The position numbers were made by a program, and so were the translations under genes. A DNA stretch of 63,495 bases, counting the filler, from Octopus bimaculoides (Eukaryota), in NCBI RefSeq assembly GCF_001194135.2. It is 6 parts of 5 records of this genome, joined end to end, with 100 filler letters (N's around TTAATTAATTAA, not from the genome) between each part and the next. Parts side by side here need not be neighbours in the genome. Positions count along the whole stretch, not along the records: positions 50,186 to 63,495 come from NC_068998.1; 5 more parts are not named here. One strand, written 5' to 3'. The notes beneath the pieces are model-generated. The model was not told the origin of the DNA and searched no databases. It worked only from the letters and a program-made list of their open reading frames with translations. Positions 52,117-63,495 of the stretch are shown in pieces (within the stretch, counting starts at the first letter, position 1; each line of letters opens with the position of its first letter).

Positions 52117-52325
52117 TAAAAATTATGATAATGATTTCAAATTTTTGCCACAAGGGCAGCTTGTGGGGAGTGGGATTTAAGTCGATCACATCATCCCCAG
52201 CATTTCATTGGGACTTATTTTATTGACCCCGAAAGGATGAAAGGTAAAATCAACCTCAGCGGAATTTGAACTCAGAACGTAGCGATGGGCGTGATACCGT
52301 TAAGCATTCTGTCCGGCTCACTGCC
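51885..52325 (-). mobile_element. Two family B SINEs just downstream of the SIL1 stop, same sense as SIL1
   Basis: Copies at ~51885-52082 and ~52133-52325 bounded by (AAT)n. Confidence 0.88.
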
Positions 52326-52456
52326 ATAATAATAATAATAATAATAGTTATAATAATAATAAATAATAATAATAATAATAATAATAAATAATAATAATGA
52401 TAATAGCCTTAGCTGTCAGGAAGAGACCTGCTAAGAAATGGGAGCAAAATTGAACA

Positions 52457-52501
<45 letters not shown>

Positions 52502-52655
52502 CATAGGAAGGTCACATGGTCTCAGCTTGAATGTCGTTCATCATGGGTCTGCCTCAGACCAGGGCTGAGTGAAGTGATGAATGGAAGGGGGCTTTATACA
52601 ATAACAACAACAAAAAAGAACAACATATACAACACACAACAAAATGTTTCCTCAA

Positions 52656-52959
52656 TCACAATTCCACTTTGTGTGTCTGTTGTAAAGAGTTCAGAACGTC
52701 TGTGACCAAGTTGTGTAACGAGCAGAAGTACAAATCGCTCGTGGGGTCCTCATTTTTCTCTTTCGTACACAGTCCCGAGTACTCAAAACTGAGTTCGTGT
52801 AGCCTGGGTGTTAAGGGCTGAAAACTTTGATTGCAGCTGGACGTTAGAAGTTTGGAAGCGGTCAGTATTTTCTCCTGGCTGTCGTAGTCGGAGAGGTTGA
52901 GCAGCGAGGCCACTCTGTCACACCATCCAGTTAGGGTCATCTTTTCTAGAAGATTTATG
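52656..52959 (-). CDS. SIL1: SIL1 terminal coding exon 9
   Basis: TTTCAG| phase 2; INLLEKMTLTGWCDRVASLLNLSDYDSQEKIL matches [22 protein letters not shown]; ends HKVEL-stop. The nine exons total 1440 nt (479 aa + stop). Confidence 0.94.
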
Positions 52960-53989
52960 CTGAAAGCAGACAAGAAGAAACACAATATTTAGGTTGAGAA
53001 TTAAGATGAAAAATCATCATCATCATCATCTAGTGTTTTAAATCCAAGTTTTGTCCCCATTAACGGGGGTGGCCAGATCTACCCCAATGTCATAGCAACT
53101 GAGGTAGCCAGGTGCACCCCACCCTAACCATTGGGCTGACTGGTGCCCATTCTCCTTTGCTATCATGAGGCTTTTTTGGAGCTGGATTTTCTACGGGGAG
53201 CATGCCCTTGCTTTCTTTAGTTTCTAGACATGAGTGGTCCCGAGACCAAGGTCTCTACCATGATTTTTAAAAAAGTGTGCATACATTTGTGTGTGTTGGT
53301 GGGTGTACATGTATACATTTGTGAGCGCATGTATGTATTCATATCTTTGTATACGCACATATGCATGTGTGTGAGAATGTGTATGTGTGTGTGTGTATGT
53401 ACGTGAGTGTATATGTGTGTGAGAGTTTCTATGTGCACGTGCAAGCATGTTTAAAGGTTTCCTGGTGTGTGTGTGTGTAAAATGAGGTCATAGTCATCAT
53501 CAACATCACCAATGCTGGTGGCATGAAAAACAAAAACCCACCTAGCATCCACATGTAAAGTGGTTGGTGTTAGGAAGAGCGTCCATCTGTTGATGCCGTC
53601 CCAAAGAAGTCACTGGGCTCATCGGATTTCGTCAAACTGTCCAACCCATGGACATCAAGCGATGATGATGGTGATGATGATGGTAGTGATGACCCACTAC
53701 GGTTCTATGGGTTGGAAAGAGTTGCGATGGTCGTGGGCAGAAATCACAGAGTTGTCATTTAGTATGACTTTATGAAACTATCACTACTGCTGCTGCTATT
53801 ACCAATACCTCTACTACTAACTACATGTGTAGCTACTAATACAACTAAGACCACTGCCACTACTACCACTACCACTATCCCCATAAGCACCAGCTGAGCA
53901 GGACCGTAGTTTACCAAAATCTATATCATGGTACCTGTCAGTTAAAGCAGCCTAGCCAGGTGAATAATATACCCCACTTCTTCACTTAC

Positions 53990-54057
53990 CTCTCATATTG
54001 TCGGAGTTTTTCTCTATTTTTAATATTGTTGTCTTGCGAGTGAGATGCCGAAATTAC
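53990..54057 (-). CDS. SIL1: SIL1 coding exon 8
   Basis: TTTACAG|...AG|GTAAGT, 68 nt, phase 0-2; VISASHSQDNNIKNREKLRQYE (SIL1 EKLQQY motif). Confidence 0.92.
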
Positions 54058-54298
54058 CTGTAAATAAGAATAAAGGTAAGTCACACAATCGAAATCTCAA
54101 AAGCTACAAGATAAAGCTGGATAAATTTAAAACAATGTGGATCAATAAATGTCACATTTGATAGAATAATCTGAATGCTAAAGGGTTAAAGAGCAAAGAC
54201 CATCAGGGGTCGCTGCAAAGGATGCTTGAGGGCTGCATGTAGCCCCGGGGGATGTGGTTGAGAACAGTTGATATTGAGGCTTTTGTGTTTCTGCTCAC

Positions 54299-54560
54299 CT
54301 TTTCTGAGATCAAGTCTGCAAGAAGTGTTACAATCTTCACTTGAATTGCTTCTGTCTTTGACTCTGAGTAAAGCTGTGTGAATGCAGACAGACCTCCGAG
54401 GGCCAGGAAACGCTGCTGTGCATAGAGATTGTGTCGGAGGAGCACCGATGCTGCATAGAGGCACTTCTTTCGTACGGCCAGGGAAGGCTCAGTGGAAATC
54501 ATAGTGATGAGTCTCTGCATAACACCAGCATCAACTGCAGTTAACTGCACAACAGGATTA
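54299..54560 (-). CDS. SIL1: SIL1 coding exon 7
   Basis: GTGCAG|...AAG|GTGAGC, 262 nt, phase 2-0; NPVVQ...KKCLYAASVLLRHNLYAQQRFLALGGL...VKIVTLLADLISEK matches the SIL1 core. Confidence 0.95.
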
Positions 54561-54653
54561 CTGCACATTAATGAAAGAGAAAACAAAATAGATTAGTTCC
54601 TTTACTAATTAGGCAATTAAGTTTGTGTTATTAATTTGATTGGATATAAGTGC

Positions 54654-55173
54654 AAGCATGGCTATGTGGTTAAGAAGGCTGCTTTGCAGCTCATGTGGTT
54701 TGGGGTTCAGTCCCACTACATCATACCATGGGCAAGTGCCTTCCGTTATAGCCCTGGGTCAGCACCATCCGAGCATGATTGTTGCCAGGGCTGCTGATTG
54801 GCTCCCGTGCTGGTGGCACCTAAAAAGCACCATTGGAGTGTGATCGTTGCCAGCATCACCTTATTGGCACATGATAAACAACATTTGAGCATGGTCGTTG
54901 CCAGAGCTGCTAGACTGGCTCCCATGCAGGTAGCACATAAAAATCATCTTTTGAGCGTGGTCATTGCCAGAACCACCTGACTGGCCCTCGTGCCGGTGGC
55001 ACATAAAAGCACCCATTACACTCTCGGAGTGATTGGCATTAGGAAGGGTATCCCACTGTAGAAACTTTGCCAGATCAGATTGGAGCCCGGTGCAGCCTTC
55101 TGGTTCGCCAGTCCTCAGTCAAACCATCCAACCCATGCCAGCATGGAAAGTGGACGTTAAAAGATGATGATGA
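54654..55173 (+). mobile_element. SINE with internal tandem subrepeats and (GAT)n tail in SIL1 intron 6
   Basis: tRNA-like head, four GAG..TG.TC.TTGCCAG units (54771, 54836, 54887, 54953), and an AACC.TCCAACCCATGCCAGCATGGAAAG.GGACGTTAAA(GAT)n end. Confidence 0.88.
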
Positions 55174-55188
55174 TCAAAGGTTCCTTAC

Positions 55189-55310
55189 CTCTGCATTGCT
55201 GATCCGAGTACAAAAGCTGTGTCGTGTTTCACATCCGTGTCTGTGCTGTTTAGTAAGTTTACTAGGAGAGAGATTCCGCCAAGTTCGGCAAACAGCTGGG
55301 CATTATCAAT
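55189..55310 (-). CDS. SIL1: SIL1 coding exon 6 (ARM-like core)
   Basis: TTTGTAG|...AG|GTAAGG, 122 nt, phase 0-2; IDNAQLFAELGGISLLVNLLNSTDTDVKHDTAFVLGSAMQS matches MDNAQDLLSFGGL..AFVLGAAFSS. Confidence 0.95.
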
Positions 55311-55972
55311 CTACAAAGGAAACAGACAGGAAGTCCTTAACATAACTTAGACACCAACAAAAAGGGGCCCTTAAAACCAGTGGTTCACAGGCCAATGTCA
55401 CATGCCCCACCAGTTGGATGTGACAACTTTTAAAGGGGCATCAGTTACCCCAGAATGGGGTAGTCTAAGTAGGAAATTAATGAAATTTGCAATTAAGTTT
55501 CAATTAAAACTTCTTTTAAGTAAGCACATAGATACACACACACACACACACAAGTATATGGCCAGGACTGGATTTTATACTGTTATCAAGAATAGTGTAC
55601 ATTGCAAGAAATAGCAGTCAAATCTCCCTCAAATAATCACTGTACCATATTATGAAAATGAAGGACGCAATCCTAGACAGAAGAGAGTAGACATGGTTGT
55701 ATTTCATATAACCATCATGGATGGTGTACACTGCATAAACATAACTAAAAATAGCAGCTAAATCTCTCTTGAATCCCATTCTATCATCTTATGGAAAAGA
55801 AGGGTAGCAGCAAATCTCCCCCTCTCTTATTATGGAAAAAGAAGGGCACAGTGGGAAAGGTAGTCCTGAGTACTAAAGGGTGGTCATGGCTGGATTTCAA
55901 GCATATACCATGGACAGCATACATTGCACAAATACAAGAAACAACATCATGTTAGTTACAGTAATTACTCAC

Positions 55973-56116
55973 CTGATGCAAAAAGAATTCCAGTTCGGAG
56001 AGGATACTCTGAAGATCTTCCTTCTGGAGTACAGCGTAATCTTTCAGTTGATCATGTAACATGGTGACGATTTGAGCATCAGATTTTATAGATGATCTCA
56101 GCATCTCATAATCCCT
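55973..56116 (-). CDS. SIL1: SIL1 coding exon 5
   Basis: RDYEMLRSSIKSDAQIVTMLHDQLKDYAVLQKEDLQSILSELEFFLHQ resembles SIL1 KDFDELN..TDMQI..LFDLEYYVHQ; donor CAG|GTGAGT is solid; the 5' boundary (AAG acceptor) is less certain. Confidence 0.88.
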
Positions 56117-56339
56117 CTTTAGTAACGAAAGGAAATAAAATAAATACATAGAACATTAGTGATTGTGTTGTCATGGTGGTCATATCCTGAGGCACTACTC
56201 ATCCTACCACTCTCACTCAACTTGCTCTCTTTCACTTCAACTTCAGCGAGTAGGACTTTCAGTCACTCTGATTGAAAGACTCTCAAGAAATCTCTTGTCC
56301 TTCTTCATTCCTTGAAGTTCATGATTTTCCTGTTCCTTG

Positions 56340-56480
56340 ATTCAATGGAAATATGTGAAACTAAGCAATGATGAAATTGAGGTCTCAGCTTTGTATATAG
56401 AAAACCCAGGCCCTTACACCAACGGGAGCAAGCATTGCAAGCTGTGCATAGTTGAGCAGGCAAGGATATTGAAGTACTCC
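56340..56480 (+). mobile_element. Possible Penelope GIY-YIG C-terminal relic in SIL1 intron 4
   Basis: PYTNGSKHCKLCIVEQARILK resembles the PLE motif PY.NGSKRC.LCL.EK..IL. Confidence 0.45.
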
Positions 56481-56910
56481 CTCAACCTGGAGGAACATCT
56501 TAAATTCCAGGATGGGAGTATTCAGTCCCTGCTAGCACTTCAGGAGATTCCTGCTGAAATCTCATGGAATGGATTCCAGATAGCTGCCTAAAGGAGAGAA
56601 TTCCTTGCACTTAGTCCTTTGTCTGTGTGTTTCAACAACCAGCCACAAGGTCTTTTCTCTCTCCACTTTGAAGAGAGGTTGCAGGCCATCGGCCATTGTG
56701 GTCTGACAAGAGACTGAAAAGCTAAATGCTTTACAAATGTGAAACCCTGGATAAGCCCACAGATTGGCCAAAACTATGTCTATCATTGTCATCGTGGTTT
56801 TGTGGCCTGAAGCAAAGCAGGCCTTGCCATCCACTCATGAAAACACTTAGTAAATGATCCACAAGAACTCAAGCATAAACTGAGTCCTAGTTTAAACACT
56901 GTGTGCTTAC

Positions 56911-57032
56911 CTTCTTACGGCGAACTTTCGATGCGTGGTCTTCTTGATCCTTGCTTTTGTGTTGTTTGAAATGTTTCAAAGCTTGCTTCAGGTCATCAGG
57001 GGTTAAATCATTTTTGTTTTTGTACCTCATGC
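56911..57032 (-). CDS. SIL1: SIL1 coding exon 4
   Basis: TTTTGCAG|...AAG|GTAAGC, 122 nt, phase 1-0; GMRYKNKNDLTPDDLKQALKHFKQHKSKDQEDHASKVRRKK (SIL1-like LKxAL..FK). Confidence 0.9.
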
Positions 57033-57683
57033 CTGCAAAACAATAAAAATAAGCAAAAAAAAAAACAAAGAATCAGTTTCCTGTTGATTAATGCCGCAAG
57101 GTAATCAGTTTTATTTCTTGGTTCAGATGAAGACTAGACAAATAGAATGATCTAATCTTGTCAATGCTGACTGCAACTGAAAAATGTGGTGCCGAGGCTG
57201 CTAGAAGTGGTTTCTCCTTGAGCAGGTGGATATAGATTAAAATAGAAAATGAAAAAGAGCAAAACAGCTGGCATAACTCAAATAAACAGACTCTGGAAGA
57301 GACTCTATCTCTTTATATTCTCTATTTAAATCAAATGTTTTTCAAGTGATGACAAATCCTTTTTCATTTTTTTAATTCTAATCTATATACATATACATAC
57401 CTATATTTATGTATGTATATACAGATGTGTGTGTGTTGTCACTTAACCGTCAAATAATAGCAGCCAAACATCTCTCAAATCACACAATACAATCTTAAAA
57501 ACAAGGAGGGCACATTGAATAATGAATTCAAACACAATCCACTTGTATTGAGAGCCAGATTGATCATCTTTGATTGTAGGTCTGTTCAATTAGGGCCCAT
57601 TTTGAATTAAATATCAAGCAAAAAAGTGCTAATGCTGTATAAAAAGGTTAATTAAGGACAAAAAAATAATAAACCCTCTTTAC

Positions 57684-57806
57684 CTTCCCTGTTTTCAGAT
57701 TTCCAGTATTCCAAATCTTCTGCTGATTGGCCTGGCATTAGTTTCGCTTGTTTCTGACCAGTCTGTAAGTCCAGTCGTACCTGCAAACCTGGAGGGATTG
57801 CTTGTC
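57684..57806 (-). CDS. SIL1: SIL1 coding exon 3
   Basis: TTTCTAG|...G|GTAAAG, 123 nt, phase 1-1; GQAIPPGLQVRLDLQTGQKQAKL matches the SIL1 GQxxPxGxHVRLNLQTGxREAKL motif. Confidence 0.95.
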
Positions 57807-57978
57807 CTAGAAACGATAGAGAAAGCAATTAAAAATAAATAATTACATACAGAAAGCATCAACATCATCGTCATTTAACATCTGTCTTCCATGATGGTTT
57901 GACCAGAACTGACAAGCCAGAGCACAAAGCTCCACTGACATGAAACAACAACAACAACAATGTTAATGTAATATTCAC

Positions 57979-58065
57979 CTTCTTTGACTTCTTGCCACTC
58001 TTCAGATGGTTGGAATAGATCTAACTTCTTTTGTCCTTCAGAGTCAATTGTTATACTAACACCCT
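57979..58065 (-). CDS. SIL1: SIL1 coding exon 2
   Basis: CACAG|...G|GTGAAT, 87 nt, phase 1-1; encodes EGVSITIDSEGQKKLDLFQPSEEWQEVKE, matching the SIL1 FQPTxEWQ motif. Confidence 0.92.
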
Positions 58066-58112
58066 CTGTGAATAATAATAATAATAATAATAATGATGAT
58101 AATAATAATAAC

Positions 58113-58365
58113 ATTTGCCCATATTCTACGTAAAATACTGTCCATGTAATCTCAAATTTTAAAACAAATTCATAATTTTCTTGTGTTTTCTTATACATTC
58201 TCTAGAACAATACTTTGTACAAAACCAAATATATGACACCCTAGTCATAACACCAGCTTGAACTTCTGACTCGTCCTTTGAGGTCTCTGGATGAGACTTG
58301 GAGTCAACTTGTACAAATACAAAGCAAAAGTCAAACATAAAATAATAATAATAATAATAATAGTA

Positions 58366-58400
<35 letters not shown>
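58113..58400 (+). mobile_element. Short R4/Dong-like 3' end in a (TAA)n tract in SIL1 intron 1
   Basis: AHILRKILSM* plus a 3'UTR homologous to 45990-46212; AAT repeats on both sides. Confidence 0.85.
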
Positions 58401-58402
<2 letters not shown>

Positions 58403-58827
58403 AGGCAGTGGCTCTCTTGGTTTTTGATCTTAAATGGTTGGAAGTGTTATCACATACATTGTTTTGTCTTGGTATAAAAGATGGGCTAAAGCAAATATTC
58501 TGCTCAATACCACAGATTTGCTTGTCAGTTGTTTGACCTTAACCAGTTGAGCATTGGTGGTTGACAATATGTGCATCTCTGATCATGAGCAGAAGTAGTG
58601 GGGGAGCATCATAGTCATGTGTTGTGAGGAATTCTTTAGGGTTTGGATAATTACCTCTGGAAAATTTGGTAGAAATTTCTTTCTACCAAATGCACTCACA
58701 CAATTTTATTTGGCCCAGGGCTATAATAAAAAACATTTGCCCAAAGTACCTTGCAGTGGGACTGAACCTGAGACCACCAGAAAGCAAAACACACACACAC
58801 AGAGAAATCATTTGTTAACTGACTCAC

Positions 58828-59035
58828 CACCATCCTCTGTATCCTTTTTGTTCCCAGCATTGGTACCAGTACCATCATCACCATCATCATCAGTATTGAC
58901 AGCTGTCAATGCAGAAGCTGATGAAGATGGGGATGGTTCCTCCGCAGACACTTGGTGCCAGGAGTTGAGGAATAGCAGTAGTAACGTCAGTAGTAGCAAT
59001 AGAGAACAGGCAGATCTGAATGGTGGTTTAACCAT
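58828..59035 (-). CDS. SIL1: SIL1 coding exon 1 (signal peptide + acidic low-complexity linker)
   Basis: ATG at 59035; MVKPPFRSACSLLLLLTLLLLFLNSWHQVSA is a hydrophobic signal peptide; donor G|GTGAGT at 58827; phase 1 matches the next exon; upstream acceptor TTTTCAG suggests the exon starts at 59079. Confidence 0.85.
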
Positions 59036-59273
59036 TTTTATGGGTGTTGTGTCGCAGAGGTTAAAAAATCAAACCAAATCTGAAAAAAATAATAAACAGT
59101 ACAGCAGTAATTAGCAACAGTTTAACCATTTTGTGATTACCTTAATGAGCTGGTGCCAGGTTTTCCTGTTTTTTAACCCATTAGCATTCAGATTACCCTG
59201 TTAAATGTTATGTTTGTATATTGCAAGAGTGAAAGGTAAAGGGTTTCGGTTAAGGTAAAGTTAACGTCTTGAG

Positions 59274-59613
59274 CTGTGGTTCTTAACCGGCGTCCATATA
59301 AGATTTTGTGGGGTTCATGCAACGAAATAGAAAATTGGGGATGAACAATAATATTTTAAGGGTTCTTGAAAAAGTTTTGTTTTAGATGTATATATTGGTG
59401 CGTATGGCAAGAAACAGCTAGGGTCCGTTCTCCGACATTTTACATAATTCAATCTACACAAGTTATAATGTGTGAAAAACAAAATAAGAATTTTGAAAGA
59501 AGTAACTATATAAAACTAGTTTATAAACATCGAATGGCTATGTGGGGAGTCCACCAGAACAAAATAACAATCAAAAGGGTCCATAGATTTAAAAAAACGG
59601 TTGAGAACCCCTG
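59274..59613. mobile_element. hAT (Charlie-like) MITE
   Basis: TIRs CTGTGGTTCTTAACC / GGTTGAGAACCCCTG; degraded 8-bp flanks GTCTTGAG / CTTTAGAG; related fragment at ~61730-61800. Confidence 0.72.
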
Positions 59614-60134
59614 CTTTAGAGGATCTGAATTCCAAAACACTCAAGTGGTTAAGTCTAACTCTTTCACATTCTGGCAATGTTTCCAATTAAAATAACAAGG
59701 TGAAAGTCACTTTGACAACATGTACAGTTTGAGCGATTTACGGTTAATGAGTAATAAAGGTAATTGCCGGTACTACCCTCGTATATATGTGGTTTGTAGC
59801 TGAAGTTTATAAATATATATATTATATACCTTGTTCATTATATATTCACAATTAAAGAAAAAAATTAAGGGTAGGTACACTTTTAATGATTTCGTTATTT
59901 TATATACATTTCATTATTTTGATAACAAGAGCGAAACTGAATTGCTTCGTATATACATCCGTTTATATATGTGTGTATATACATTAATTTATAAACATAC
60001 ATATATTCATTTATATACACAATACACACACACATACATAATGAATTATGTATAGTATACATATTTACACTATATATATGCGAAATATACACGCACATAT
60101 ACATGTATCATATAATGATTTATACACATACATG

Positions 60135-60245
<111 letters not shown>

Positions 60246-60502
60246 ACCTATACATACACTAATATTTATACACATACGCATATATATATGTGTATTACAT
60301 TTGAACATGTAAAGTATGAGGTACAATACGAAAACATGATCATTGTTGTACAAGAAACAATCACAGGGAACATCGGAAGACAAAATTAAAACAGAAATCT
60401 TTACATACAAAGTTACCGTGTAAAAGAGTTCAAAAATAATTTACCTGGTGTTGTTTACAAACTGACGATGTTATAATTAGCTTGCGTAATATCTTTCACT
60501 CC

Positions 60503-60539
<37 letters not shown>

Positions 60540-60549
60540 NNNNNNNNNN

Positions 60550-60582
<33 letters not shown>

Positions 60583-60779
60583 TGTGTTAATCGCGGTTTC
60601 TTTCTTTCTATATTATATTCTTTTATCTGCTTGTTTTAAACTGTATTGCTTTGTCTTCTTTAATGGTAACAGGACAAAATAGCACCAAAAATAAAGAAGA
60701 AAACACCAGTAGCAGAAGCAAAAGAATGTAATGAAGGTCTATATCGGCCCAAAATTGAAATAAACTATAATAAAATCTT

Positions 60780-62250
60780 AGTAAATGAAATCCAATATAA
60801 TAATTATCTAATTCTTAGTGTTTCCGAAGAGGAAGTGTTAAGTCCAGTTGAAAATTTCTAGCCGTGATGTTTTCGTAAAAGGAGATCGAGCGAGGGAGAA
60901 GCTTGTCTTGTTAGCTTTACTCTTCCTTGTAATGTAGCAAAATATTTTGGAATAATACAGTAGCAGAGTTTCAGTGTGTGGAAAATTATATTAGGGGTCT
61001 TATTTATATACACAAGTATTTATTGCGGTTGAGGAAGCGGGTATATATGTGTATGTATATATGCCTGTGTAATTATTTCTATGTTTGATCCAAGTAAACT
61101 TGTCAGTCTGAGAGAAAGACACGTCGGCTCAGGAATTGATTCATCAGGTAACCAAGGAAGAACACGTGGTGTAAACAATATCGTAAACATGACTAACACG
61201 GAGTAAAGAAACCGGTGTAATGATTTCAAGTTACCTCCTTCGATTTCAAGTTACCGTCCCGTGAAAAGAAATCGATTTCTGGTAATCACCACCAGTTGCT
61301 TGAAATCGATTTCAAATTAGCCATTTTCTGATTTCGTTAAAATAATGAATTTAAAATTACAAATCATGATTCTAATTTTTAAAAAAAGATTTTTAAACAT
61401 TCCGTAACATTTTATGATGCACTTTAAAAATAAAAGAATGAGAAGCTTTTCTGGATTAATACGCCTACACTTTAAATGTAAACAAACTATACTTATATAC
61501 AAAGCGAAATATATTAATCAGCTTTAAATACAAACGGAATATATTTATGATAGAAGACAAAATGATATAGCAAAGCACTTTCAATGCGAACGACATGTAT
61601 TTATGTACAAAACAAAATACATTCGTATATTTAAACTATATATATATATTTATTTACAATCGTTCGTGTTCCTAACGCTAACCCATACACATTAATGATG
61701 TACTCCCTCATCTGTCTCGAGAGAAAACTCAACCGGGGCCCATATAATATTTTGTGGGGGTCCTTGTAACAAAATAGTAAACAGTGGGGTCAACAAGTTT
61801 TTTTTCTGAAATTTTTTAATAAATTATTTTTATTCATCGTTGTTATAACTCTAAGTTATATATATATATAAAAAAAAATTAAAATGTCTTTTCTATAACA
61901 GGAACAAAGCTCAACCGGTACTTTTTTCATCGACCCCGAAAGAATAAAAGCCAAAGTGGACCTGAGCGGAATTTGAACTCAGAATGTAAAAACGGACGAA
62001 ATACCGCTAAGCATTTACTACGGTGTGCTAGCGAATAATAAATTCTTTTATTTGCCTTCAGGACGACGAACAGTTGGGGAAGGATTTAAGGGGCTAGTAG
62101 TAATTTGAAATAATAGCGGATAGGGTGAAATCGAGTTTTAAATAAGCGCCGGGTACTCGATTTCAAGTAGCCGCGAAGTCAGATGAATGGGAGACAATCA
62201 AAAACCGCTGAATCGAAACAATAATACATTTCAAAAATTTCATTCAACAT
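60780..62250. promoter_or_regulatory. CpG-enriched putative promoter region upstream of SIL1
   Basis: More CpG than the flanks; clustered (T)CGATTTCAAG motifs and the palindrome TTGAAATCGATTTCAA; 1.7-3.2 kb upstream of the SIL1 ATG. Confidence 0.35.
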
Positions 62251-62599
62251 TTATTTCAGCAATAAATAAATCAAGATATAATTAAAAATTAATCAAATTA
62301 ATTTCGACTAGTTTTGACTAATTTCGACTATAATTTAATCAATGTTATTTTATTTATTTTCGTCACACCTATCCCCTCATGGTTTCTCATTCTATGTTAT
62401 ACACTGCGGAACTATCAAAATGCTTACTGCTTTTATTTCATCATAACGTTAGCGGAATTTTGCAGGAATCTTTCTTTTAAAAGTTTATCATGATTATATT
62501 TCCTTTATATTATCTATTTTCGATAATTATATTTTCTATCGCTTTTTCCTTCCATTAAAAAATTTATAGGTCATTGGACTGTGTTGATGTCAGGGCAGC

Positions 62600-62958
62600 A
62601 ACTTGAGGGGTTTCACCGACCAAAATCGAAGCGACTACTTATTTTTGTAAAGCCTGCTTGCTTATTCTATCAGAGTCTTTTGACCGAACTGCTAAGTTAC
62701 GGGGACGTAAACAAACCAATACCAGTTGTCAGGCGGTGGTGGGGTACAAACACAAGCACAGTACAACACATTTGTATGNNNNNNNNNNATATATATATAT
62801 ATATATATACAACGGACTTTTTCCAGTTTCCTTCTACCAAATCCGCTCACAAGGAGTCCGGAGTTGTTTTAGGAAGACGCTCGGCCCAGGTGCCGCACAC
62901 TGCGACTGAACCCGAAGCCCACATGGTTGGGATGCATGCAACTTATCACACAGCCCCC
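62600..62958 (-). mobile_element. SINE family A (reverse), internal (TA)n and gap
   Basis: CTGCTAAGTTACGGGGACGTAAAC and CTACCAAATCCGCTCACAAGG...GACTGAACCCGAAGCCCACATGG. Confidence 0.82.
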
Positions 62959-63495
62959 CCCCTCCCCGCCACCGTACAATTCTGTTTTGACTCATAGTGT
63001 ATACCTGGATGTTATCCCAATATACACGTCTCTGTTGGAGTAAATCTTTGCCAATATTGCATCATTTTGCGTTGCCATGTGATTCAGCGGTGAGGATTGC
63101 ATCAGTGATATTAATAAATTCCGTTGAAAGCGTTATATTGTAATATCTCAGCATGTTAGTGTCTCGACATAGTTATATGTGGATATATATTCATGCGCTG
63201 TGAATATATATATATATATATATTCGAAACGCCTGTGTTAGAATGGGGGAAGCTGATGAAGGAAAATGTTCTCAATGTGGCCTGTGTGTTTTCTGTACTC
63301 TGGTTATTATTATTTTTTTATCTACGTTTTGTTTGCAATGTCCTGTACCCAGATATGCACCTATATATACAGGTAGATGTAGGTATGCGCATACTTGTAC
63401 GTATATATGCATATACTCATTTATTATTTGTTTTTTTCATATATATATATATATATATATACATACATACATACATTCCCCCATATATATGTACA

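Noticed and set aside
54186-54464. 92-aa alternative-frame ORF overlapping SIL1 exon 7
   Set aside because: Shadow frame of a GC-richer coding exon with no independent features
56967-56999. CTGATGA...GAAAC on the minus strand within SIL1 exon 4
   Set aside because: No stem I pairing and no C-G pair in stem III; explained by the codons P-D-D...L-K-H
61155-61185. CCACGTG upstream of SIL1 as an ERSE/UPRE
   Set aside because: Flanks do not match CCAAT-N9-CCACG, ATTGG-N-CCACG or TGACGTGG
63218-63290. GAAAC and CTGATGAAGG near the window end as a hammerhead
   Set aside because: No GAAA after the putative stem II and no consistent stem I in any topology

Overview
AT-rich, microsatellite-dense eukaryotic genomic DNA with several N-gaps. 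The SINE/LINE repertoire and repeat content look like an octopod cephalopod (inference, not database-confirmed). One well-supported protein-coding gene: SIL1 (BiP/Hsp70 nucleotide-exchange factor) on the minus strand, 9 coding exons from 59035 to 52656, about 479 aa, with a signal peptide and a C-terminal KVEL. The rest is mostly transposable-element debris: tRNA-derived SINEs (often stacked in (TAA)n tracts), a decayed Penelope-like element, Tx1/L1-like 5' fragments, RTE, CR1-like and RLE-type (R4/Dong-like) LINE fragments, Tc1/mariner relics including a near-complete DD37D-type element, and a hAT-type MITE. The most interesting signal is two distinct families of small structured repeats carrying hammerhead-ribozyme folds. 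One is a pair of diverged homologous ~200-nt elements (36481-36685 plus, ~50550-50765 minus) with intact CUGAUGA/GAAA cores and a covarying downstream hairpin. The other is a 344-bp tandem repeat (22800-23263 and 25893-26050) with a rod-like hairpin capped by a decayed hammerhead, whose second unit is split by a Tx1-like LINE. A low-confidence spliced, lectin-like gene model lies at 30526-31994 (minus). No rRNA, true tRNA gene or CRISPR array was found. All alignments and folds were done by eye.
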